In this document: in pieces, positions 36,701 through 49,400 of the stretch
Numbering within the stretch: position 1 is the first letter of the stretch
Layout: each line of letters begins with the position of its first letter
Assembly (NCBI RefSeq): GCF_002571385.2
Contig: NW_019217818.1
Coordinates: 277,594-341,593, forward strand
Direction: 5' to 3'
Source: Stylophora pistillata
Lineage: Eukaryota
DNA length: 64,000 bases
Notes under the pieces: generated by a model
Told to the model about the DNA's origin: nothing
The model's input: the letters and a program-made list of their open reading frames with translations, nothing else
Databases searched by the model: none
Made by a program: the position numbers and the translations under genes

Positions 36701-39700
36701 TACGTGTTTCTTGGATGAACTGATGGATTTATCGTAGGCATGATTTCATCAACAAGTTTCCTCCATTCATTCGCTTGTCCGACATGATAAATCCAGAATA
36801 ATCTAGGATAGGTTTCAATGATGAACAAATCCTGAAATTTTCCTTTTCATTCCCTCTTACACAGATCTTTTGCTTGGTGTTTAGACGGTCGGTGATGACT
36901 CGGGTTTTTCAAAACAATCCAGGAACCGTTGCGTATACATAAATTTGCCATCCTAAACACTGCCACTTAATTATACATTCACGACACCGAATTTACATTT
37001 GAGACAAGGTCGCCGTCTTTGTTGTCAGAGGCCGTCGCTAGTTTAAACAAAGAAACAGCCGCTTTCTCGCAGCGCACTATGTTAAACACAAGATCTCAAC
37101 AAACAAGCCTTAATCCTGTGTTCCCACTGAGAAAGGAAACAGCGAAAATTTAATATCATTGCCCGAATAAACTTTAAAAAAACGACTTCGATTTTTTAAA
37201 GAAAAAAATTATTTTGAGGATACCAAAAAATCAAGTGATGACGTGTTTCTAAGAATACATTGTACAGCAAATGCCATTTTAATATTGTTTTGAAAAGCAC
37301 ATGTTTGGAAAGTTTCTGATTTCTGTGTGAAAAACGTAATTACCCAATCTACGAAAGTAACATTTTCGCTTCATGATAGAAACGGAAAACAATGATTCTC
37401 AATACACAAGAACACTTAGGATGAAATCCTGCTGTATTCATCTCTTTCCATCTGAAGGGATTAACAAGAAAAGTACAGAAAAAAAAAAAATTTCAAGATA
37501 CTGTGCGGGGCAGCATAAATTTAAGCGACGAAGAACTTTCAGAACAATGTGTTTTAAGGAAGAAAATATGTAAAGCAGATTTCCTTTTAAGGAGGCCTAC
37601 ACGAAAAAACGCGAACAAAAGAATAACGCTTTTATTTCTTCGCTTGCTAACACCTCTTTTCACATCTATCCGTCCCACCTTTGTGTTTTGATGCCAATAA
37701 TATAAAATAATTAGCGATGTAATTCTTTTGCCAAAAAATAATCAAACAAATAAACGCTTCGATGGAAACCATGCTGAGTGGTCCGTGGGAATTAACCTCT
37801 GAAATTTTGGGTTCAACACGAAAGATTCTAACAAGTTTGATTCTTTGCTTTCACGTCAACAGATACAGGAAACCAAATTGGCTTGTTGTACAAGACTTTC
37901 TTACAAAAATTGATATCACTGATAATGAGAGGAAAACCCCAAATTCTGTTTCAAAGTGCTCAAAGTAAGACCGCTGTACGTGCTGTTCGAGTTATCTTTC
38001 CCTTGTCCAGTTTCTATCAGACTTTGGGTCATATGTATATTCGCAGAAAGGCACTGCATTAGGCCCAGGTATCATCAGTTTTTTTTTTCCTTGACACAAA
38101 CGCAAGCTGGTGAGAAAATACCTTTATTCTTAACAAATTTATATTTTGACATTGTATCTTTGACAAAGCCAACTATGTAGAGGTAGAGTTTGTTTCTAAA
38201 AACACTAAAATACTTAAGGTAACAAAAGAAAGATCGCTGCAAGCCATGTTGGTATGAATATTTTCAGTATCCGTACATTGGACCCTGGAAACGGATCGGA
38301 CAAAGGTATGGGAAAAGTCTTTGGACCCTCTAAAAGGAGAGAATGGAATTCAAGGAATCGTGCAGATTGAAAAATAGCAAAGTAAACAACTGATGTCTGA
38401 TAGGCCAACATTAAATTGATGTCAAATCAATATTTGGGTACTTGGGGCTTTATTTCTGCCCGCGTCGAGTAATGACTGAATGAGTTAACTTAAATCAGCC
38501 AAAAAAAAAAAAAGATTACATCTAACAAGGGTAATGATGATGATAATAATAATGATAATAATAATAATGATGATATTAATAATAATAATCATAATGATGA
38601 TAATAATAGTATTAAGTAAGGTAGAACTAACTTGCAACTTCAACTCGGAAATGGGGAGGATTTAACTGTGTTAGAGTTAACTTATTATTGGTAATATAGA
38701 TTTATTTCCTTCTGATCCTTTAAACCCAATTCTACTCAGCAACGCCTGAGCTGCACGCATAAGAACGCACAAACCTGCAACTCAACAGGATGCAAACAGC
38801 GACAAACGGCAACGATGACTTGTCCCCCAACCCTGGGGTCTTCCCAGTGAATAGCACCTACTGTATTTTCATTCCTTGACGTCAAAGGAAAAATTGTATA
38901 CTTGGCAAGCAGCTGCCTAACATTTCCGCCAGTAAAAGAACATTTTTAAGGCACTACATCACGGTTTATTTCATTCATTTTATTTTTTTCACGTTCGCCA
39001 TTTTCCATGTGCCATCCGTTTAATCTTCGCCACCCTGAGCCGTCCTGGTTCTTTCACGCTGTATTGTTGTCTCCCCGAACAAATATTTTAAAAGCCACTA
39101 AAACGGCGTTAAAATCGTCCCAGAATATCTTACTTAAATAGCTCCCTTAAACTTCTAACTATCAGTGGTAGCCTCACCTTTATCTTCTCAATCTCCTCCT
39201 GGATTTTTTCAGGCTCCGCCCCGAATGCACGCTGGATATTCAGTTTGTCTTCCACTTTGGAAATCACTTCTGACAGGTTTTGTAAGGCATCATGGAAATC
39301 ATCCGCCAGAGGCGCAATATTTTCCAAGCTTCTCCGCCGGTCAGCGGCCCTGTCAACGATGCTGCTCAAGGCTTGGGTCACGTGATTTACCTCTCTTGAA
39401 AGTTCTTCTTTGTCACCAGGTTGCGCAGTCTGTACCAGGACCTCGCTGACTTTGGTGAAGTTTTCAATGATTGGTGCTCGATCAGCGATTTCGTCTTCTA
39501 TGTCCTACGGGAAAAAGGGAGGATTCTGTCAATAAACTTGGTGTTTTTCTCACCCTCACATAAAACGAATGAAAGTATTTCTGAATAGTTATCATTTCTT
39601 GCGTATGGGCTTTAAGGATTCAGTCAAGTCGAGACGTTAACTCGTATAATTTTTACAAATAGATTATAATCAAATTATCAGTTACTAAGCGTTCTGACAT

Positions 39701-42700
39701 TGTTCGTATTGTTCGTCTTCACGTTGTTTCTATTGAAAATATAGGAATGTAATCTTCGCATTTAATAATTCAATCGTTACTCGCGTGGAAAAGGGAATTC
39801 CGATTCAAGAACTTCAATGAAAAGTTTAATTTTATCTTTCATTATCACTTTGTAATCCTCGTAATCACGTTTCTTAATAAAAAAAATTAGACTAGTATCA
39901 GTCATTTAAACAATTAGGTGTCTCGTTAACAACGACTGTATTTAATTCAATTGCAAACGTATGACGAATAAACTAGAAAAAATTGTTTCATGAAAATGAC
40001 AAAACTTCAACCGAGATTTACAAAGTTTTCAAGTGTATAAGTTGACAAAATTAAGAAGAGCAAGAAATGAATGATATTAGCCAAGATTATAGCATTTATG
40101 GAAGATTAATCTTAGTAGATAAAATGAAACCTGACAAATGAACATGACAAATAAATGTAACAGTAATTGAGATAGCTGCAATGTGATGTTGTGAGGAAAG
40201 AATAAAGTACGAGATGGAGGCTGCACGAACACAAGCTGTAAGTAGTCAAAGGAAATAATTGAGTGCAAGGACAAAAGTGAACATACACGAAGCGCATGCA
40301 TGGAATGAAAAACTGAACTAAAAGTACGTGTGACAGCAAGATAAACACGAACAATGCTAGAATAGGCCAGAGGTGCGCGTGTAAGAAGCACGAGGAAGTG
40401 CTCTTGGAAATGCAAAGTGGAGGTATGATTCACAAGCAAACAATCGTTACACGCTGACATATGCTGAAAAAAAAAAAGCAACAACAAAGGTATTACCTAT
40501 ACACAAAACATCGCGGGGATTAGATATGTGGTGCTAACAAAAATGCACAAAATGAAATATATTAAAAAATATTTGATCATCAATGGAATGAGAAAAGTCC
40601 AATCGCGGAGCAAATACCTCAGTATGAACTGAGCATTAACTCAACAACAAGCGACAAAATGACAGCAAAGACGACGTAACAAATGCCATGTTGAGATGTG
40701 CAAAAGGCAAAGAAGAGTGCTTCAGATGAAGCTACGAACTAATTCTTGTCAATCTCATTATTACAAATATGTCCCTGCACGTGTTATTTATTAACAATAA
40801 ATAGATCTTTATCGCAGGCCATCAAGTTTACAGATTATCACGTTTAGGTTGCATCTGTAGTTCCTTTACCACGTGTTTTTCCAGGGTTGACTTTCTCGTT
40901 GCACATGCAAGCAACGACAACGAATCTTGTTTAAAGAGGTTAAGCAGAGGTAGAACGAAACGAGCCAGAAATGGCCCCATGACTGACATTCACATGCACA
41001 ATGTAAATTACTTGGCATGCAATTTTCATGCAATTTCCATCAGGCAAATCAAAAAATATTCCACGAGAGGAATACCTTGATTTCTTGGAATTGCGTCTTG
41101 ATTTCATCTACTTTCCATGAAACGGCGCTCATCCAGCTCAACTTTTTCAAAGTAATGAGCATCCACTGCAAGAAATTCTCCAGGACAAAATTAAAGTGCA
41201 TGTGTTTCGAGCTATAGATGAAGATCATCGACTTGTGCTCCAACACATATTGATAAAGTGTTTCAATAATCACGAGGTAACGTTGCACGATGGTTGTTTG
41301 GTATGGGATGGACACTCGCCGCGAAGATGCAAGTTCAGCTTGATCAAAGACAGCGGATTCAGGTGTGATTGTCTCCACAGTTTCAGTTTCTTCGGATGGA
41401 ACCACTTCCTCTACTGCCTTGTGCATTCCTATGGTCCCTTCCATACTTCTCCGATGCACAGTTCTTGTAATTGTTCTTGTCACAACTCTCCTGATTCGTT
41501 CACCATGTTCGTCAATGTATTCTTCAAGTTCTTCTGGAGTGTCATGGTCTGTGTGGGATACAGGCAGTTCTACCGTTGTTGGTATAACATCTTCTGTCTC
41601 AGTATAAACAGGTGCTGCCGACTCAAATACCTTTGTACTCAAATCGTCTTTCTCTTCGTCGTCAGATTTACGTATTGTACTTCTGGTTGTAATGGTGCGT
41701 CTCACAATTCGTTTCACACGAACACCATTTTCATCAATGTATTCTTCAACGTCTTCTGGTGATCTATCTTCTGTTTGCGGTAAAGTAAATCCAACCTCTA
41801 CAGGTTCAATCTTCTGGCCTTCTCTTTTTATACTGGTTGTAGTGACAACACGCCTCACGGTTCTCCTTACAAGAACTCCATTTTCATCGATATATTCTTC
41901 GACTTGTTCTGGTGATTCATCTCCTGCTTGCGCTACAGAAAACTCAACCTTCTCTGGTTCAATCTGCTGACCTGGTCTCTTAATACTGGTTGTAGTTACA
42001 ACACGTCTCACAGTTCTCCTAACACGAACACCATTTTCATCAAGATATTCTTCAAACTCTTCTGGTGACTCCTCCGTTCTACCAACTGGCGGAGAGTCCA
42101 AATCAAGATAAACAGGTGCCGCAGATTCAAACACTTTCGGCCCTCTGTCATCTTTAATTTCATCCATCGCCTTTGGTGATTGGTCATTTGTTTTTGTTGG
42201 CAGTAAATTGGATTGTGGAATCTCCTCAAACGATGCACTCAACTCAGGAATTATCACTTTTTTCTCGACATGCACAGAAAACACGTTTTCTTTGACTTCT
42301 GGCCTTTCTTCGGGCTCGCCCCCTTCATTCTTCTCTCCTTCTTCCATTCCAGACTCCGCGGGTAGTGTGGGCGACGAAACATCGGATTCTTGTCTCGACG
42401 GGAACGCAACGGTAACGGGTTGTAACCTTCCTTTCAACTGAGTCGTGAAAACTGATTTGCTGAGCTTCTGTGTGCGACGACCAGCATCGGAAGCGATCAT
42501 CACTATCTGTTCTCCTTCCTCGGGTTCTTCTCTAAGCTTGGGTTCATCGCTATCATCAGTTTTCAGGACAACCTTCATTGATCCATCTCGCAGTACTGTT
42601 TTCATTGTTGTGGTATGAGAACTCCGCACTACTTTTGTTATCCGTTGACCGTGCTCGTCTGCGTACTCTTGTACCTCTTCTTTTGGCTCAGGAGGGATAT

Positions 42701-43428
42701 CGACATCCATTTCCAAGTCGGGCGCCTGACGTTCTACTCGCAGTATTGTTTTGGTGGTCGTTGCTTTGGCGATTCTCTTCACCTGACGTCCGTCTTGATC
42801 AACGTATTCCTCGATAACTTCTTCATCAGGATTATCACTTTTATCTACCGAGCTCTGCAAAGGAATACTTACCTCGCCTGGTTCCTCTTCCAAGAAAACA
42901 GGTTCTGCTGATTCAAACACGACTGTCTCCCTGTCATTGTCATCGTAATCTTCTTCGTCAGATGAAGCTCCCAGAAGCGGCCTTCCCCATTCAAATTCTT
43001 CCTGTTTAGGCTCTGCTTTAGATTTACTTGGGACTTGAAAGTTTAAACTTTCAACGGTACTCATTTCGACGGCTGTAACTCCAAAGGGAGAATTATCAGA
43101 ACTTTTTGCAACTGGTTTTCCTAATTCAAACGGTCTGGATGGAAGCAGTCCATCAGTTCTTTCAGTAGTAGGTTCCGTTTTCCCGGAGTTAGGAACCTCA
43201 AATGCTTCAAGTAGATTCTTTTTGACTGTGGTGACCTTAAAGGGACTGGAAGAATCACTGTCTGTTGGAGGTTCGTCATCCTAAAGATACAATGAAATAC
43301 CATGCGGGTCACTTAACTCCAAAGATAAAAGAGCCATTTCGCCCAACCGATGGCGATATCTCTTTATTGACCGGCAAGTCATGAACTGATGGTCACATCC
43401 AAACACAATATCTTTTTAGGCGGATTCA

Positions 43429-43460
<32 letters not shown>

Positions 43461-46400
43461 TGCATACGGCTTTGCGTAAAGAAGGAAGTATGTTAGATAC
43501 AAATTGACTTCAGGCAGCTGAAGAGCTAGAAAACCTTAGTACATGGTGAAATTTTTAGCTCTTTGGGTGTAATATTCAAGGAGAAATAGTTCATCAAAAA
43601 CTGCAAAATTTCTGGGTGGCGAAAGCGCTAATGAGCTCATACATTCTATGTAAAATTTTGAGTTTTTAAACCCGTGTTGCACAAAAACTATTCAATGCAT
43701 CAGGCTCGTATTCATTGGCCGAGTTAATCGTACTTTGGCCTTTCGATATTCAGAACTGATTTATTTTTAGCTCCATCAGAAACTGAATTGCTTATGCTAA
43801 TGAGGCAAATATTGTAAACAAGGATTCCCCTATTGACAATGGCGTCTATTCTCACTGCCTAACTGTTAGACTAAGTATCAAAAGTTTCAGGAGGATTTGC
43901 GGCGCACTGATTATCTCGGGGAGCAAAAAGTCGCCAAATTGTAAAAAGCCTCTTCTATATCCAACGTTTTTACACTTTTTCCCATAAATCCTTTAATTAT
44001 TCTGTTTCCGACCAATATGTAAATAAAGTTGCCTTTTCAGATTTAATTTGCATCTAAAACTGTATATAAAATAGCCCCACTACAATCTCAGAGAAATGTC
44101 GGAAAGTTTAATAATACGTCACCCAAATAAATGGATAAGCTGTTGATTTCTAAAATAAGCATAACGCTCTAAACAAAGCCTCTGGTGGGGGTTTTAATTG
44201 TCCTCAAATGCTGCACATCTCAGACCAGTCCTTACAAGCACTTAGACTTACAGCCGCGGGGCCAAAGCGACGTGAATCAAACACATGGAACTGATAACAG
44301 TCGACAGTTTTTTTTGCAGTTTTTCATGGGAAATACTGAGGGAAATGATTTGAAAAGGTACAGAAATTATTCAGCTATCAATACTACACAACGAAATATC
44401 ACCACCATCAACATATTGAAAAAATTTGGAAGTTATCAGACAAGATTCGCTTCTAAAAGACCGAACAATATAGTTTACTCGAACAATCTACCCGCAGCTG
44501 GGGAGATGACTGAAAACCATTCTTGATAAATAGAACACTGGTAATTAAAAGACAGAAAAACTAGTAGATTTTTCCTGAATACGACGTCACCTGATCCTCG
44601 CCGCAATATAATTTACGCCTATATAATTTGTTTGGTTTCATGATTTTAAAAAATGCACATACAAATTTCATCAACCCTCGCGTTCGAAAACTAATCAAGA
44701 TTTCAAATTACGCAATATCTTGTTGGGCATAAACAGTGCGAAGCACTAAAGAGCCCCATGATTTTGATTAGTCGCTGTGTCAAGTCACTGAAAACATAGA
44801 TGCTAAACATTCCAAGATAAATCATCCGTGTCCAGGGTGTTTACAGCTCCGTCTCTTTAAGAATAAGTTTAGAGATCAACTCACATCTTTTCTGCGACGT
44901 CTAAACAAGCCAAAAACTCGTCCAACAGCTGTCACAACAGGATTCATTTGTACTGTGTGCTATGATGCTGAGGTTCGGTGATCAGTCACGTTTGTCAATA
45001 ACGAATAATTATCCCAAGAGATCCGTGCTAAATTGTTCAACCAGAACTGTTCCCGCACAATATTGCGAAGCGAGTGTTTACCGACGCAAAGCGATCAGCG
45101 GTTAAAAAAAGAACCAAAAAAAATATTCCTCGATGTTCAGACAACCGTTGAAGGAAATAGACAGCAAATGAACAAGTAGCTGATGGGCCTAGCATAACCT
45201 TCAAAGGATATCGTAACACAAATTTATGCATTCATTTCACACGTTCTAGAGACACCCTTAAGAACAATGACCGCCAAAAAAAACACCAGCTGCAGTTTCT
45301 AGTCTAATAACTAGGAATTATCTGGATCCTTCTCTTTCACGGAAAAATACTTAGCAACCACAAGCCTTTCCATGCACGTACGCTCTCTATGTCCCTTGCT
45401 TTTCGATTTTAGAGATATAAATATATAATTTTTTTTTATTTCACCCGATCAGCTGACGCGACAAATCACTTGAGACACTCCTCCCTAGTACTTTCTGCTA
45501 TAGGACACACAATTACATATTTACCTGGAAAGGAAGCTTACCTATACCCAGCTCCACAAATAGGCATCAAGTGTGACATTTCCAGCGTGACTATCACGTC
45601 CACCCCTTTCGGGCGCCATTGCACTCCACTATGAGGTTATATTGCTGCTGCACTTACCTTAGCGCGGTTGTTCTCGCTTGGGAAGCAAGGGTACATGAAG
45701 GTGATAATGTGAAGTGTGAGACGTCGAGCATAAAACGTGAATAGCGTGAACCGTAATACGTGAATCATGATGCATTAACCGTGACGCGTAAAACGTGAAG
45801 AGCGAGGCGCAAGGAACTTTTCTTTCCGGACTTACCTTGACGTCAAAACGATTTCTAAGCTCCAGCAGCTGAGTTTGGAGTTGATCCCACTGGTTGTTAA
45901 CCCCGGTCACCTTGTGGACGACATTACTTGTATCCTGATTCGTATCCTCCAGGTATCTAATCACTTCCTGCCCAGATTCATTAGTGTTGGCCACCTGGTA
46001 CTTCAAACTGGATATTTCGTGATTTAAGGCCTGTTAAAACAAACAAAAAATAAATGTAAACAATTTCAAAAATATCTACTAAAGTAGTAACACGACGACA
46101 AAGTGCACGGAGTTTTCCGACGGTAGAAAATGGGGAAAAAGAACCAAGTCAATGACGAGTAGATTGCCAATTAAAAACCAAAGCCCCCGTCACTTAATCA
46201 GTTCTTAAACAAGTAACAGCAATAGCTACGAAACTGTTTACAGTTCAACTACGTTTCCGCTGGAATTAATGGTTTGCCACGTTTTTTTCACTTTCTTAAT
46301 GGAAATAGTTCTAAGACTAACCAAGTCGATCTTGCTCCTTCAAGCCCTTATTTTTTTGTCCATTTTTTGTACTGTTGTCTTTTTCATAATTTTTGAATTT

Positions 46401-49400
46401 TGACAACGAACAACTCAAATAAAAGAAAGCACAACACTAACGGCAGTTACCTTGACCCGCCTGCTAAGATTCTTGGGATCGTCTTCTCTTAAGAGCGCCT
46501 CGATCTCCAAGTGGCGCTGTTTGATTTGAACCGTGAGAGACTGGACTGATTCGTCCAGATTCTTGACCGTACTCCAGGTGCTTTCCAGCTCTTTTTGTCG
46601 CTCATTTGACGCTACCACGATGAACTCCATGCGGTTTCTTACGCTGGCAATCTCTTCCTGTAACGAATGGAATAAGCAGTGTAAGTCACGGTAACACATC
46701 CAAATATCTTCCTGTAAAGGACCGGTGGGGAGTTCGGAGGATTTTGAAGGGATCACATGGTTTTCAGGCAGAATAGGAGGAGGCTCAGTCATCACCAACG
46801 GAGGAGAAAGGGAGGGGGGGGGGAATATACAAAACTGATTGCCTATTAACAGCTAATGAGGAGGGATCAGGTCAATTTTATCATGACACAATCACCCACA
46901 CCCAGGCGATAAATAGTGACCGGCCTCTAAGAGTCAAAGGTAATAATAAATCGTTTTTATCCGAAGCAGTAAAACGAGGCTTTACGGAATCAAAATCAAA
47001 CCTTGGGATCCCAGGATCGGAATGGAAGGGAATTTTTTAGGATGCGGATAAAATAATTCATATATCGATTTCCTTTAAGAGGATGACTGATGGCTCCCTG
47101 CACGTAGTGTAACGCTTGCTCGTTTTGTTGCTGAAAATTTACCCGCCCACATTTACCCGCCCACATTTACCCTACGGTTGCAGTAGTAGACGGTTAGAAA
47201 CCGCAGTAAAGAACTTTCGCAGCTCAGTTATACCTGGATTTCTTCATTTCCAGCAGCACCTTCTCGGTCCTCTAATAAATCATTTCCGGCTTTCAAGAGC
47301 AATTCAACATCTCCTTTGTTCTGGGCAATCTCTTTTTGTAGGGTCTGGAAAAGAAATCCAAAGTAAATCTATCATGAACATGTATTACAACGCTTTTCGA
47401 TTGGCCATTGTTAAGTAATACCAAAGTGATCACTTCAGCTTATCATAAAACAAAGGTCAACAGGAGAAAAAAAGAACTCTAAGAGAGCCTAAGTAACCGG
47501 TTACAAGCGCTGCAATATGCGAGTGACCAAGCGAAGATTCTTTTACCCTCCAAGTGATCGGTTGATAAGGATTTATCAGATTTTATTTCAGACCTCAGTT
47601 GAGTTTCGAAAAACCAAAACCAAAGTTATTACACTCAATTGACAATTTCTCTAACGCACAACAAACGCAATCCTAGATGACTTTCGCCCCCATCGCAGTA
47701 ATGTATGAGCCAAGAATGTTAAATAAAGAGTCAAGATGAGTTCGTTGTGATACACATATTTTCACTTTCTTCGATTTGCTGAGCGTGTTGTTCCTTACAA
47801 AAAAACTTTCAAGTCTTCTCATCACCTCAGTTAGCATATTATGTGACAAGGTAAAAATCATGAGAAAAAAAGTTCTACGTTTCCAACATGTGTTCAAACT
47901 TTTGGCACATTGACAAGAAAAGCGTGAGAAAGGGAAAGTAATTCTACTTCTAGTTTTCTTTCAAGCTGCCCAAAAAAAGTCACGCAATATTGATGTCACT
48001 CACATGGCGCGACAAGTGTCTTTGGATCTTACCTTGTGATCGGATATTTGACGTCCAATGGTATCAGTGTCTCCCGCCACTGGTTCCAGTTTCCCTAACC
48101 TCTTTTCGGTCCTTCCCAGGAAAATAGTGATATTGCGCACTAGTCTCCTATATTTTTCCATCTGCAATACAGTCGTCTCCAACGTGACATTTCTTGTTTC
48201 TAGTTGTTTCCACACGTCATCGTAACGGGTGCGCACGGACGTCAAGTCCCCCTCGAGCGGGGTTTGAGCTGTTTCACCGGGGTGATGAGATGTAATACTG
48301 ATGATAACTTTCCCCAGGCCCACCAAAAGATCTATCTGAGCCTTGTAATTCACGGCTTCGTTTTGCAATGCCTGCAAAATGAATTCAAACGCGATTCAAT
48401 AAATTTTTAACTCTTTAAACCCTTTAAAGTGACCAGCATATAGTCTTACTTACAATAATATTGCTGAATTATCCATTAAGATCAAAAGAATTGAGGAAAT
48501 AGACGGCAACCTAAGAAGCTTCGATTGCTTAACAAATTCCCCTTATTAGTACCAAAGGAAATGTAAAAAGAAATGTAGACAGAATATTGATACTGATGCT
48601 GAGGTGTAAAGAGTTAAGAACCACATTATTCAGGGCTCGACACCAAAGGTAGCCCACTAGCCACAGACTAGTAGAAATTCAGTTTTGGCTAGTGGTTTTC
48701 AATTTCCACTAGCCAGTTTGGCAAGTAAACAAACTGAAACTGTCGTAACATCTAAAAACATCAAAGATGTCACTCGCCACTTGGCCAGTAAGTTGAAAAG
48801 TTAGTGTCGAGCCCTGACATTAGCGAAGAACATAACTTTGCAAAGAGACTCCTCAAGAAGATCACTGAGAGTTGAACGAAATTTCGCATCCGGCAGGTTT
48901 TTTCTATACTTAACCATACAGCGAACAGGTGAAAGGAAAATTTGCTTCAGTAATTTCGGCGGGATCATTTATTCTAATTTCTAACTGAACAGCTATTTCT
49001 AGCCTCCTGAAGCCTTATCCATGTCCACGTTGACATCAAAACTACAACGGATTTCACATTTTAATTTTCTATTTTTCTACCTTCTGTTCTTTCATCTGCT
49101 CACTGAGTACATCTGGGTCCAGACCCACGGGAGGCATGGAGACAAGCCTCATTTCCATTCTGTCCAACCATACAGTGACAGTTTTGTAGACAGTGTAAAA
49201 CTTTTCAGACTGTTCCTGTAACTCGTCAAACTTTGCCGTGGTATTGAGCAGTTTAATCGCAAGAGTCTGCCAGTTCTTGTTCACACGGTCTAGTGTTTCA
49301 AGGATTATGGACTGTTGCTTGTTCTTCTCCAGATTAATGAGTTCGTGACCCCCTTGGTTTACGGATTGGAAGGCTGGGCGCATCTTTTCTACTTCGTCTT

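Noticed and set aside
38122-38152. MSKYKFVKNK-G|gtattt as an alternative first exon
   Set aside because: Donor is phase 1, incompatible with the phase-0 downstream exon.
45542-45619. MAPERGGRD...WSWV-stop ORF ending at a gtaagc donor
   Set aside because: Terminates in TAG at the strong donor and the in-frame donor is weak; not supportable as coding.
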